This document shows, piece by piece, positions 49,383-58,092 of a stretch of 64,000 bases of DNA. The DNA lies in NCBI GenBank assembly GCA_004298385.1, contig SCTX01000098.1, positions 22,309 through 86,308 of the forward strand, written 5' to 3'. The notes under the pieces were generated by a model. That model was not told the DNA's origin. It did no database searches and saw only the letters and a program-made list of their open reading frames with translations. Positions within the stretch are counted from its first letter, which is position 1. Every line of letters begins with the position of its first letter. Origin of the DNA: Betaproteobacteria bacterium (GTDB lineage Bacteria; Pseudomonadota; Gammaproteobacteria; Burkholderiales; SG8-39). Made by a program: the position numbers and the translations under genes.

Positions 49383-50662
49383 TGTCCACCATTGAAAATC
49401 TGTCCGCGATCGACAATGGCCTGCTGCGTTTTCTCACCTGCGGCAGCGTCGACGACGGCAAGAGCACGCTCATCGGGCGCCTGCTCTACGACACCAAGAC
49501 AATACTTGCCGACGCCTTGCACGCGATCGAGCACACGTCCAGGCGGCGCGGGCTGGACGGCATCGATCTGTCCCTGCTCACGGACGGACTCTCGGCCGAG
49601 CGCGAACAGGGCATCACCATCGACGTTGCCTACCGCTATTTCTCCACCGGGCGGCGCAAGTACATCATCGCCGACGCGCCGGGGCACGAGCAGTACACGC
49701 GCAACATGGTGACCGCGGCGTCCACCGCCGACCTCGCCATCCTTCTGATCGACGTGCGCAAAGGCGTGCTGACGCAGACCCGGCGCCATTCCTGCATCGC
49801 GCGGTTACTCGGCATTCGCCACCTCGTCATCGCGGTGAACAAGATGGATCTGGTGGGCTACTCACAACAGGTGTTCGACGCCGTTAAGCGCGACTACCTC
49901 ACTTTCGCCGATCGGATCGGGATCGCGGATGTGCGTTTCGTGCCGCTGTCGGCGCTCGTCGGCGACATGGTCGTGGACCGCGGCGAGCGGCTCGCCTGGT
50001 ATCGCGGGCCGACACTGCTGGAAATTCTCGAAGCGGCGCCGAGGGCCCACTCGGAGGACGCCGAGCCGTTCCGCTTCCCGGTGCAGTACGTCTGTCGCCC
50101 GCAGGCTGCCGACGATCCGGAACTACACGATTTTCGCGGCTACATGGGCCGCGTGGAGTCCGGCGCGATTGCGCTCGGGGACCGAATTCGGGTGTTGCCC
50201 TCGGGAGGCACGGCCAGGATAAAGGACATTCGCTCGGGCGAGCGATCCGTATACACTGCCACCGCCGAACAATCCGTGACCCTGCTGCTCGATGCCGAGC
50301 TCGACGTCAGCCGCGGCGACATGATGGTCGAATCGACGGACGCACTGCAGCCGCGCAAGCAGCTCGATGCGATGCTGTGCTGGCTGTCGGAGATACCCCT
50401 GGATGTGAACCGGCGCTACTCTCTGCGCCACACCACGCGCGAAGTGAAGGCATTGGTGGCGGGCATCGCCTACCGACTCGACATCAATACGCTGGAACGC
50501 GAGGCAAGGGCAGGGCTGCGGATGAACGACATCGGCCGGGTGTCGTTCAAGCTCGCGCAACCGCTTTGCGCGGACTCCTACGCGAGTAATCGCAGCACCG
50601 GCGCGTTTATCGTCATCGACGAAGCGAGTAACAATACCGTCGGCGCCGGTATGATCCTGTAG
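49382..50662 (+). CDS. cysN: Sulfate adenylyltransferase subunit 1 (GTPase), without fused APS-kinase domain
   Basis: G-motifs GSVDDGKST, DAPGH and NKMD. At 426 aa it has no CysC domain. Confidence 0.92.
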   Translation: MSTIENLSAIDNGLLRFLTCGSVDDGKSTLIGRLLYDTKTILADALHAIEHTSRRRGLDGIDLSLLTDGLSAEREQGITIDVAYRYFSTGRRKYIIADAPGHEQYTRNMVTAASTADLAILLIDVRKGVLTQTRRHSCIARLLGIRHLVIAVNKMDLVGYSQQVFDAVKRDYLTFADRIGIADVRFVPLSALVGDMVVDRGERLAWYRGPTLLEILEAAPRAHSEDAEPFRFPVQYVCRPQAADDPELHDFRGYMGRVESGAIALGDRIRVLPSGGTARIKDIRSGERSVYTATAEQSVTLLLDAELDVSRGDMMVESTDALQPRKQLDAMLCWLSEIPLDVNRRYSLRHTTREVKALVAGIAYRLDINTLEREARAGLRMNDIGRVSFKLAQPLCADSYASNRSTGAFIVIDEASNNTVGAGMIL

Positions 50663-50758
50663 TCAGGTCGGGGCAAAGTCTTTGACCGGGTCGAACGGCA
50701 TTTTCGGGTAACATATTACGATCGATGACGGCAAGCCGAATGGCCTCAGAGGAATTGC

Positions 50759-51358
50759 GTGAAAAAACTCATCATTGGCATCTCCGGCGCGTCCGGCGTA
50801 GTGTACGGCATCCGCACCCTGCAGGCGCTCAGGGACATGCCCGACATCGAGACCCACCTGGTCCTGTCGCCGTCGGCGAAGCGCACCATCCTGGAGGAAA
50901 CCGACTGGGACGTGCTTGCGGTCGAGGCGCTCGCCGACGTGGTGCACAGTCATCGCGACATCGGCGCCGCGATCGCGAGCGGCTCGTTCCAGACGATCGG
51001 GATGCTGGTGGCGCCATGCTCGATCAAGTCGCTGTCCGGAATCGCCAACTGCCACAGCGACAACCTGCTGACGCGGGCCGCCGACGTCTGCCTCAAGGAG
51101 CGCCGCCGTCTGGTGCTGCTGGTTCGCGAAACGCCGCTGCACCTAGGACACATCGAGCTGCTCGGCCAGGCGGTCCGTTACGGGGCCGTGGTGCTGCCGC
51201 CGATGCCGGCCTTCTACACCAGGCCGCAGACCGTGGACGACATCGTCGATCACACCGTCGGCAAGGCGCTCGATCAGTTCGATATCGCGCACCAGCTGTT
51301 CAAGCGCTGGAAGGAAACGGCCGGCGAAGAAGTGCTGCGTTCGGTAGCCGAGCGCTGA
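50759..51358 (+). CDS. ubiX: Flavin prenyltransferase UbiX
   Basis: (GTG)KKLIIGISGASGVVYG.. Flavoprotein fold. 199 aa. Confidence 0.88.
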   Translation: MKKLIIGISGASGVVYGIRTLQALRDMPDIETHLVLSPSAKRTILEETDWDVLAVEALADVVHSHRDIGAAIASGSFQTIGMLVAPCSIKSLSGIANCHSDNLLTRAADVCLKERRRLVLLVRETPLHLGHIELLGQAVRYGAVVLPPMPAFYTRPQTVDDIVDHTVGKALDQFDIAHQLFKRWKETAGEEVLRSVAER

Positions 51359-51394
51359 TCCGGGCGCCGCCACCGGAGTCATCTGCAAATCGGA

Positions 51395-52246
51395 CTATTG
51401 TTCCAGCGCCTGCTTGTAGCGTTGGCGCGCCGCCTCTTCCTTCTTCACCTCGTCTATTTCCCGAATGAGGCCGCCTACGTCGGCGAGTTTTTCGCTGCGC
51501 GCGAAATGGCCCGTGAGTTTGTTTTCCGGGTGCAGCTTGCCGCTCTCGTAGATCGACCAGATTTCGCGGCCGTAGTCGGTGCTTAGCAGTTCCGGGGCGA
51601 AGCGGCCGAAATAGGCGGTGAGATTGCCGACGTCGCGCTCGAGCATGCTGCGGGCGCCGTTGTTGCCGGCGGCGTCGACGGCCTGCGGCAGGTCGATGAT
51701 CACCGGACCGTCGCTGCCGGCGAGCACGTTGTACTCGGAAAGATCGCCGTGGACGATGCCGGCGCAGAGCATGCGCACGACCTGCATGATCAGCGCGTGA
51801 TGGTATTCGCGCGCCTGCGCCGCGCTTAGCGCCAGATCGTTGAGCCTTGGCGCCGCATTTCCGTTTTCGTCGGTCACCAGTTCCATCAGCAGGACGCCGT
51901 CGAGGAAGTTGTAGGGCTGCGGAACACGCACCCCGGCGGTGGCAAGACGGTGCAGGGCGTCCACCTCGGCGTTCTGCCATGCTTGCTCCTGCTCCTGGCG
52001 CCCGTAGCGGGAACCTTTCTCCATGGCGCGGGCGCGGCGGCTGTTCTTGACCTTGCGGCCTTCGGTGTACTGAACGTTCTGGCGGAAGCTGCGTTTGTTG
52101 GCCTCCTTATATACCTTCGCGCAACGGAACTCTTCGCCGCAGCGGACTACGTAGACCTCGGCTTCCTTGCCGCTCATGAGTTTACGCATGACCTCGTCGA
52201 CGAGACCCTCGTCGATGAGCGGTTCGATTCTCTTGGGAGTTTTCAT
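51395..52246 (-). CDS. RIO-type serine protein kinase/ATPase
   Basis: RIO-kinase blocks SGKEAEVY, LMELV, the catalytic HGDLSEYNVL and the metal-binding IIDLPQAV. Start trimmed to the ATG at 52246. Confidence 0.75.
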   Translation of the reverse strand: MKTPKRIEPLIDEGLVDEVMRKLMSGKEAEVYVVRCGEEFRCAKVYKEANKRSFRQNVQYTEGRKVKNSRRARAMEKGSRYGRQEQEQAWQNAEVDALHRLATAGVRVPQPYNFLDGVLLMELVTDENGNAAPRLNDLALSAAQAREYHHALIMQVVRMLCAGIVHGDLSEYNVLAGSDGPVIIDLPQAVDAAGNNGARSMLERDVGNLTAYFGRFAPELLSTDYGREIWSIYESGKLHPENKLTGHFARSEKLADVGGLIREIDEVKKEEAARQRYKQALEQ

Positions 52247-52483
52247 GAACGCCTTCCGCGCTGCTCTGGCGCTCGATGATAGTACGGGCTGCTGCAATTT
52301 TACGCTATCCGGCACATACATTATTGCCCAGTCAGTTCCAGCGTCTGAGCGGGATAAGGCGCTCTTTCGCCAATCGCCCTAATAGGTGATTACTTGATTC
52401 AGGTCAAACGGGCTGATGGCCAAATCGGCAGGATTCAAAGCTCCGCTCGCGTCGATGACGAACTGATCTGGGAGGAGACTGCC

Positions 52484-52915
52484 ATGGAGAAAAGCGAATG
52501 GGAAATCGCGTGGAGCGACTGCTTCAATGTCGGCGTTCCCGAGATAGACGAAGAACATCGAAAATTCATCTCGCGCGTGAACGATCTGAACAAAACCATC
52601 ATTGGAGGCGGAGACAAAGCGACGGTCGAGCGCATGATGGATTTGATGCTGAAGGAAGCGACGCATCATTTTTGGCACGAACAAGAATTGCTGGTCCGGT
52701 GGAAATATCCGGACACCGCAGCCCATACCGCCACGCATGCGCAGCTCACCACGCAGTTTGCGCGCGTGATGAAAGAAATCGAGGAGTCCGATATCAGCTT
52801 CGTCTGGGCGCTCAAAGGCTTGCGCCTTAAACAGCTATTGGTCGAGCATCTGTTGAAGGAGGACATGAAGTACCGGGACTTTCTGCGGGAACAAACGGGC
52901 TACACCGGGCAATAG
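52484..52915 (+). CDS. Bacteriohemerythrin (hemerythrin-like metal-binding protein)
   Basis: WSDCFNVGVPEIDEEHRKF, HFWHEQ, HTATH and EHLLKEDMKY, the His/Glu/Asp ligand pattern. RBS GGAGGAG. Confidence 0.85.
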   Translation: MEKSEWEIAWSDCFNVGVPEIDEEHRKFISRVNDLNKTIIGGGDKATVERMMDLMLKEATHHFWHEQELLVRWKYPDTAAHTATHAQLTTQFARVMKEIEESDISFVWALKGLRLKQLLVEHLLKEDMKYRDFLREQTGYTGQ

Positions 52916-52928
52916 AGCGAAATGCCGG

Positions 52929-52965
52929 AAAAAAAGCCGATGGCGCTTGTTGAAACGCCACCGGC
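52929..52965 (-). terminator. Strong intrinsic terminator oriented on the minus strand with no annotated minus-strand gene upstream
   Basis: Minus strand reads GCCGGUGGCG-uuucaacaag-CGCCAUCGGC followed by UUUUUUU. On the plus strand the hairpin lacks a T-tail. Confidence 0.75.
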
Positions 52966-53110
52966 CTGAAGACGGGATTCCAAAGGAGGAGGAGGAGAAA
53001 CCCCGCAACTGAATAATACAACAGCCGATGGTGCAACGCAATAGTTATTTTCCGCCCGCAGTCCAGACCCCACCGTTCTTCCATCTATTTTTCTGATGGT
53101 AGTCATCAGA
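52929..53110 (-). ncRNA. Candidate small RNA with CU-rich (anti-Shine-Dalgarno-like) hairpin loop
   Basis: In order on the minus strand: possible -10 CATTAT (53115-53110), hairpin CUGAUG..CAUCAG, hairpin GCGGGGUUUC-[UCCUCCUCCUCCUUU]-GGAAUCCCGU (52972-53006), then the terminator. No frame closes before the terminator. Confidence 0.35.
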
Positions 53111-53406
53111 TAATGTGTTATGCTGCGACGCAGCATAACAAGCTATACGATTTGCCGGCGACAGCATGAAAAGGCTTATGCCCGCGAGGGCAAACCGACG
53201 CTCTGAACCGAGGTTGCACGGCCCAGGGTGCCGCTTTTTTCAAACTGAGCCCGAGCCCCCAGCGGGGCGTTTGACGGAAATCATATCGGCCGCGCAAGGA
53301 CGGGGTATGTTTTCTCTACGCAAGCGCATGTGGATCATTGGCAGGCGAACTGTTCCGCGCCGCGGCCGCGGGGCGCGCACGAATGCACGGCGACGAGAGG
53401 TCAATC

Positions 53407-53901
53407 GTGAAAAATCAACGCAGGGAATTCCAGCCGATCGGCAGGGAGCAACTGCTGCAGGAATTGGTACATGACAGCTACAAGGCGGGGCGCAAGCTAG
53501 CGCAACCGGCGCGCTGCCCCGATTGTGGCGCGGTGTTTCAAAAAGGCCGCTGGATCTGGGGTACCGCGCCCGCGGCGGCGCACGAGGAGAGGTGTCCGGC
53601 ATGCCATCGCATCCACGACAAATTTCCGGCGGGGTTCGTGACGCTGAAAGGCCCGTTTCTGCAGGCGCATCGCGACGAGATATTGCAACTGATCAGACAC
53701 CACGAGGCGAAGGAAAAGGCGGAACATCCGCTGCAGCGGATCATGTCGATCGCCGACAGCGCCGATGGCATCCTGGTCACGACCACCGACACCCATCTTG
53801 CGCGCGACATCGCGCAGGCGCTGCACCACGCGTTCAAGGGCGAGCTCGAGTTCCATTACAACAAGGCCGATAATCTGCTGCGCGCGACCTGGGCGCGGTG
53901 A
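53407..53901 (+). CDS. Conserved hypothetical zinc-ribbon protein (two CxxC pairs)
   Basis: CPDCGAV..GRWIWG..CPACHRI followed by a helical C-terminal half. I recall similar proteins annotated as a 'BCAM0308 family', but this is unverified. I prefer the GTG at 53407 with GAGAGG RBS; the ATG at 53383 is an alternative. Confidence 0.6.
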   Translation: MKNQRREFQPIGREQLLQELVHDSYKAGRKLAQPARCPDCGAVFQKGRWIWGTAPAAAHEERCPACHRIHDKFPAGFVTLKGPFLQAHRDEILQLIRHHEAKEKAEHPLQRIMSIADSADGILVTTTDTHLARDIAQALHHAFKGELEFHYNKADNLLRATWAR

Positions 53902-53959
53902 AGGCGAGCGCGTAATCGTAGGCAGGGCGGACGGCAATCCGATCGCGCCCGCCGCCCGA

Positions 53960-54508
53960 TCAACGTTCGAGGCGGGTGATCTTCGAGCCTTCGAACGTCA
54001 GGTTGTACATCAGTCCCTTGTTCGAGAAAATAAAGCCGATGATGGGCTGCCGGACGGTATCGGTGCTGAGTTCGCCGCCCGCGCCCAGCGTCGCCAGCGC
54101 CACGCTTCCATCCACTCCCGCCTTCCAGCCTTCGCTTTTGCGAAAGTTCTCCAGCACTTTCGGATTCATGAACAATATGATCTGGGACTTGACCTGAGCG
54201 CCGAGCTGGAAGCCGATTGAGGCGGCAGCGGTGCTGTAATAGGCGGCGGTCTTTCCCTTGATCAACAGCGCGCCTTCGCCGTACTCCCCGCCGATGCCGA
54301 TGCCCGCTTTGAGCACCTCCGGAAACACCAGCATGCCGGCTGCTTTCTGCGCCAGCCGCTTGCCGGCGCTGGTCTGCTTGCCGAAATCCTCGACCGCCTG
54401 CCGCACTTTGGCGTCGATCTCGTCCTTGGAAGCGGCGAGCGCAACCGACGGCTGACCGGCGCCGAACATGATGCAGAGAATAAAAGCCGCGATAGCCCGG
54501 CCGATCAT
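53960..54508 (-). CDS. SYLF (Ysc84-like, DUF500) lipid-binding domain protein, secreted
   Basis: Signal peptide, then GIGIGGEYGEGALL..ASIGFQLGAQ..VDGSVA, the glycine-rich repeats typical of SYLF domains. Confidence 0.7.
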   Translation of the reverse strand: MIGRAIAAFILCIMFGAGQPSVALAASKDEIDAKVRQAVEDFGKQTSAGKRLAQKAAGMLVFPEVLKAGIGIGGEYGEGALLIKGKTAAYYSTAAASIGFQLGAQVKSQIILFMNPKVLENFRKSEGWKAGVDGSVALATLGAGGELSTDTVRQPIIGFIFSNKGLMYNLTFEGSKITRLER

Positions 54509-54759
54509 CTTCCGTCCCCCGTTGGATATTGGGGCATCAGCTTACGCCGAAAGCCGCGGCGATGCGAGGGTCCCCGGCGTTTCTGGCAATCGTTCGCGCT
54601 TTGCCTTAGAGTACCGAACCAAAGGAGGGGACCAAGGGGGAAAGGAAGGGTCCCTCTCCTTCCTTGGCCCTTCGTGCTCCCCTAAATCGGCCGCCTAACG
54701 CTAATTCCCTTAGGCGCTTTTGGGAGAACCGGAATTTCTCGCCCCCATTCGGAGACACC

Positions 54760-55908
54760 ATGCCCCACGTCATTACCTGTGTCGAAGACCTGCGCCTTCT
54801 GGCGGAAAAACGCGTGCCGCGTATGTTCTACGACTACGCCGATTCGGGCTCCTGGACCGAGGGTACCTACCGCGCCAACGAAAGCGACTTTGCCGGGATC
54901 AAGCTGCGCCAGCGTGTGGCGGTCAATATGGAAAACCGCAGCCTGAAGAGCACGATGGTGGGGCAGGACCTCGCTATGCCGGTGGCCCTGGCGCCGGTCG
55001 GTCTGGTCGGAATGCAGCATGCCGACGGCGAGATTTTGGCGGCGCGCGCGGCCGAAAAATTCGGCGTGCCGTTCACCTTGTCCACCATGAGCATCTGCTC
55101 GATCGAAGACGTGGCCGCGAACGTAAGCAAGCCCTTCTGGTTTCAGCTCTATGTGATGCGCGACCGCGATTTCATCAAGCGCCTGATCGACCGCGCCAAG
55201 TCGGCCGGGTGTTCCGCGCTGGTGCTCACCCTCGACCTGCAGATCATGGGGCAGCGCCACAAGGACATCAGGAACGGCTTGTCCGCTCCGCCCAAGATCA
55301 CTTTGCGCAACGTGCTCGACATGGGGGCCAAGCCGCGCTGGGGCCTGGGCATGCTCGGCACCAAACGCCATACCTTCCGCAACGTGGTGGGCCATGCAAA
55401 AACGGCCGGCGACTTGACTTCGCTCGCGGCATGGAGTGCGAGCCAGCTCGACCCCACCCTGAACTGGGACGACGTGAAGTGGATCAAGGAGCGTTGGGGC
55501 GGTAAACTGATCCTCAAGGGCATCATGGACGCCGAAGACGCCGAGATCGCCGCGCGCTCCGGCGCGGACGCGCTCATCGTTTCCAATCACGGCGGCCGTC
55601 AGCTCGATGGCGCGCCTTCATCGATTGCGGCCCTGCCGCCCATCGCGCGCGCCGTCGGCGACAAGATCGAGGTGCTGATGGACGGCGGCATCCGCTCCGG
55701 GCAGGACGTGATCAAAGCCCTCGCCTTGGGCGCCAAGGGTGTGTTCATCGGCCGCGCCTACGTCTATGGCCTGGGCGCGATGGGCGAGGCGGGCGTGAGC
55801 ACTTGCCTGGAACTCATTCGAAAAGAGCTCGACGTAACTATGGCGTTTTGCGGCCTGCGCGACGTGAAGCAGGTCGACGGGAGGATCCTGGTGCCCGGGA
55901 CCTATTGA
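54760..55908 (+). CDS. lldD: FMN-dependent alpha-hydroxy-acid dehydrogenase (L-lactate dehydrogenase type)
   Basis: RMFYDYADSGSW.., SNHGGRQLD and DGGIRSGQDV. Start at the ATG at 54760 after GGAGA. Confidence 0.85.
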   Translation: MPHVITCVEDLRLLAEKRVPRMFYDYADSGSWTEGTYRANESDFAGIKLRQRVAVNMENRSLKSTMVGQDLAMPVALAPVGLVGMQHADGEILAARAAEKFGVPFTLSTMSICSIEDVAANVSKPFWFQLYVMRDRDFIKRLIDRAKSAGCSALVLTLDLQIMGQRHKDIRNGLSAPPKITLRNVLDMGAKPRWGLGMLGTKRHTFRNVVGHAKTAGDLTSLAAWSASQLDPTLNWDDVKWIKERWGGKLILKGIMDAEDAEIAARSGADALIVSNHGGRQLDGAPSSIAALPPIARAVGDKIEVLMDGGIRSGQDVIKALALGAKGVFIGRAYVYGLGAMGEAGVSTCLELIRKELDVTMAFCGLRDVKQVDGRILVPGTY

Positions 55909-56020
55909 GGGTACATAAGCCGGCCGGACCGGAAACGACGGCGAGCCCGGATCGCCAAAGCCGGTCCGGTGCTCGGTATTTACTCAAGAAAATGATGCTC
56001 GACATGAAAGGACATGGATT

Positions 56021-56434
56021 ATGAAGCTGGAAGTGCCGTTCGAGGTATTGTTTGGAGACTCCGACCCTTCCGGGTGGGTTTATTACGCGGCGGTGTTTCA
56101 TTACGTGGCCCAGGCCGAGGCCCGCTTGTTCCGCGAGGCCGGGTTTACCGGCGCCGCCATAGTGCAAGAGGGCTACGGTCTTCCCCGTGCCCGCGTCGAA
56201 GTCGACTACCGCCGTCCCCTCAAGGTTCACGACCGGGGCGTGGTGCGGGCGTGGATCGGACATTTGGGCAACAGCTCCATTCGCATGGAATTCGAGTTGA
56301 TCCGCGATGGGGAACAGGAAGCCGCGGTAACGGGCAGCATCATCATGGTGACGGTGGGTCTCCTGGCCGAGCGAGCCGTGCCCATGCTCGACTCGATGCG
56401 CTCTGGATTGATGCGGTTTACCGAATCGGGGTGA
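56021..56434 (+). CDS. Hotdog-fold acyl-CoA thioesterase (4HBT/YbgC-like)
   Basis: 137 aa with N-terminal FGDSDPSGWVYYAAVFHY, matching the 4HBT catalytic Asp context. Confidence 0.7.
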   Translation: MKLEVPFEVLFGDSDPSGWVYYAAVFHYVAQAEARLFREAGFTGAAIVQEGYGLPRARVEVDYRRPLKVHDRGVVRAWIGHLGNSSIRMEFELIRDGEQEAAVTGSIIMVTVGLLAERAVPMLDSMRSGLMRFTESG

Positions 56435-56478
56435 CGCTCCGGATTAACGTTATCAAAAAATAAACTCCGGGAGAAATC

Positions 56479-57264
56479 GTGGACAAGAAAGATCTGCAAG
56501 GAAAAGTAGCGCTGATAACGGGTTCCACCAGCGGAATCGGCTTTCGCATTGCGGAGGCGCTGGCCAAGCGGGGCGCCCGGATCGCTTTGAACGGGCGCAG
56601 GACGGCGGCGGGAGAAGAGGCGCTGGGGCGCTTGGCCCATACCGGCGCGGAATCGATCTTTGAGCCCGGCAGCGCTGCCCGTTACGATGAAATCAGCCGG
56701 GTGGTGGCCGCCGTGGAGCGGCGCCTCGGACCCATCGACATTTTGGTGACCAGCGGCGGGTCGGAAAAGCCTGGTCCCACGCCGTTCCATGAACTGAAAC
56801 CCGAAGATTTCTTGAAGGCTTTCGAGACCCGCTACCTGCCGCGGGTCTTTCCTGTCCATGCGGCGCTCTCCGGCATGCGGGAGCGGCAGCGGGGCTCCAT
56901 TGTGCTGATCACCACCGATGCCGCCCGCCACCCCACGCCGGGGGAAGCGTTGATCGGCAGCACCGGGGCTGCGACGATTTTGATGACCAAGGCCCTGGCC
57001 CGGGAATTTTCCCGCTGGAAAATCCGGGTCAATTGCGTCGCCTTGACACTGACCTCCGATACGCCCCGTTACGATGATATTTTCAGCAAGCCGGGTTTCG
57101 AGAACAAACTGTTCAGCAAGGCATTGAGCCGCTTTCCCCTGGGGCGGGCGCCTACGGCGGAGGAAGTGGCCCAAGTGGCGGTTTTCCTGGCTTCGGATCA
57201 GGCGGCGCAAGTTACCGGCCAGACGATCAGCGTCAACGGAGGCCTGTCGTTCGGGGGATGGTGA
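56479..57264 (+). CDS. SDR-fold protein with intact NAD(P) site but no canonical YxxxK
   Basis: TGSTSGIG Rossmann motif and NGRR. The region aligning to S...YxxxK reads ITTDAARHPTPGEALIGSTGAA, with no Tyr or Lys. Confidence 0.7.
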   Translation: MDKKDLQGKVALITGSTSGIGFRIAEALAKRGARIALNGRRTAAGEEALGRLAHTGAESIFEPGSAARYDEISRVVAAVERRLGPIDILVTSGGSEKPGPTPFHELKPEDFLKAFETRYLPRVFPVHAALSGMRERQRGSIVLITTDAARHPTPGEALIGSTGAATILMTKALAREFSRWKIRVNCVALTLTSDTPRYDDIFSKPGFENKLFSKALSRFPLGRAPTAEEVAQVAVFLASDQAAQVTGQTISVNGGLSFGGW

Positions 57265-57348
57265 AATTTGGAGGTTCATCCGCGAAGCAGCGCCGAGACC
57301 CTCCGTCGACATACAAGATCGGGCGCCGTCCTTTATAATCCGACGCAC

Positions 57349-58092
57349 ATGCGCATCCTGCTCAGCAACGACGACGGTTATTTCTCCCCCGGACTGGCCC
57401 GTCTCGCCGAAGAGCTTGCCGGCGTGGCCGAAATCACGGTGGTGGCGCCGGAGCGCGACCGCAGCGGCGCTTCCAACTCGCTCACCCTGGACCGGCCGCT
57501 TTCGGTCAAGCGCTCGGCCAACGGCTTCCTCTATGTCAACGGCACGCCGACCGACTGCGTGCACCTGGCCGTCACGGGCCTGCTCGATCAGTTGCCCGAC
57601 ATGGTGGTGTCGGGCATCAACCTCGGCGCCAATATGGGCGACGACACCATCTACTCGGGAACGGTCGCAGCGGCCACCGAGGGCTACCTGCTCGGCATTC
57701 CCTCGCTCGCGGTCTCGCTGGCGAGCAAGGCCGGCAGGCATTTCGACACCGCCGCGCGCGTGACGCGGGAGCTGGTCGAGCGCTTGCGCCGCGTCCCCAT
57801 GTCCGGACCGGTGCTGCTCAACCTCAATGTCCCCGACGTGGCCCACGACGAGCTGCGCGGACTCGAAATCACGCGCCTGGGCAAGCGCCACAAGGCGGAA
57901 CCGGTGATCAAGGAAATCAGCCCGCGCAAGGAAACCGTCTATTGGGTCGGTCCCGCCGGCGGCGCGCAGGACGCGGGCGAGGGCACCGATTTCTACGCCG
58001 TTGCGGCGCAGCGCGTGTCGGTGACGCCGTTGCAGGTCGATCTCACGCACGTGAACCAGATCCCGCTGCTGCGTGATTGGTTAAAGCAATGA
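57349..58092 (+). CDS. surE: 5'/3'-nucleotidase SurE
   Basis: [15 protein letters not shown].. Start trimmed to the ATG at 57349. Confidence 0.93.
   Translation: MRILLSNDDGYFSPGLARLAEELAGVAEITVVAPERDRSGASNSLTLDRPLSVKRSANGFLYVNGTPTDCVHLAVTGLLDQLPDMVVSGINLGANMGDDTIYSGTVAAATEGYLLGIPSLAVSLASKAGRHFDTAARVTRELVERLRRVPMSGPVLLNLNVPDVAHDELRGLEITRLGKRHKAEPVIKEISPRKETVYWVGPAGGAQDAGEGTDFYAVAAQRVSVTPLQVDLTHVNQIPLLRDWLKQ

Noticed and set aside
52827-53136. Three overlapping minus-strand small ORFs (66-85 aa) in the hemerythrin-downstream spacer
   Set aside because: All three read straight through a strong intrinsic terminator and into the antisense of the hemerythrin gene. I judged a non-coding RNA more likely.
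53166-53474. 102-aa plus-strand ORF upstream of the zinc-ribbon gene
   Set aside because: It is extremely Arg-rich (RRGRGARTNARRREVNRE), has no RBS, and overlaps the start region of the better-supported 53407 CDS in another frame.
56227-58050. 607-aa minus-strand ORF
   Set aside because: It is antisense to the thioesterase, SDR and surE genes, and is an Arg/Gly/Ala-rich shadow ORF.
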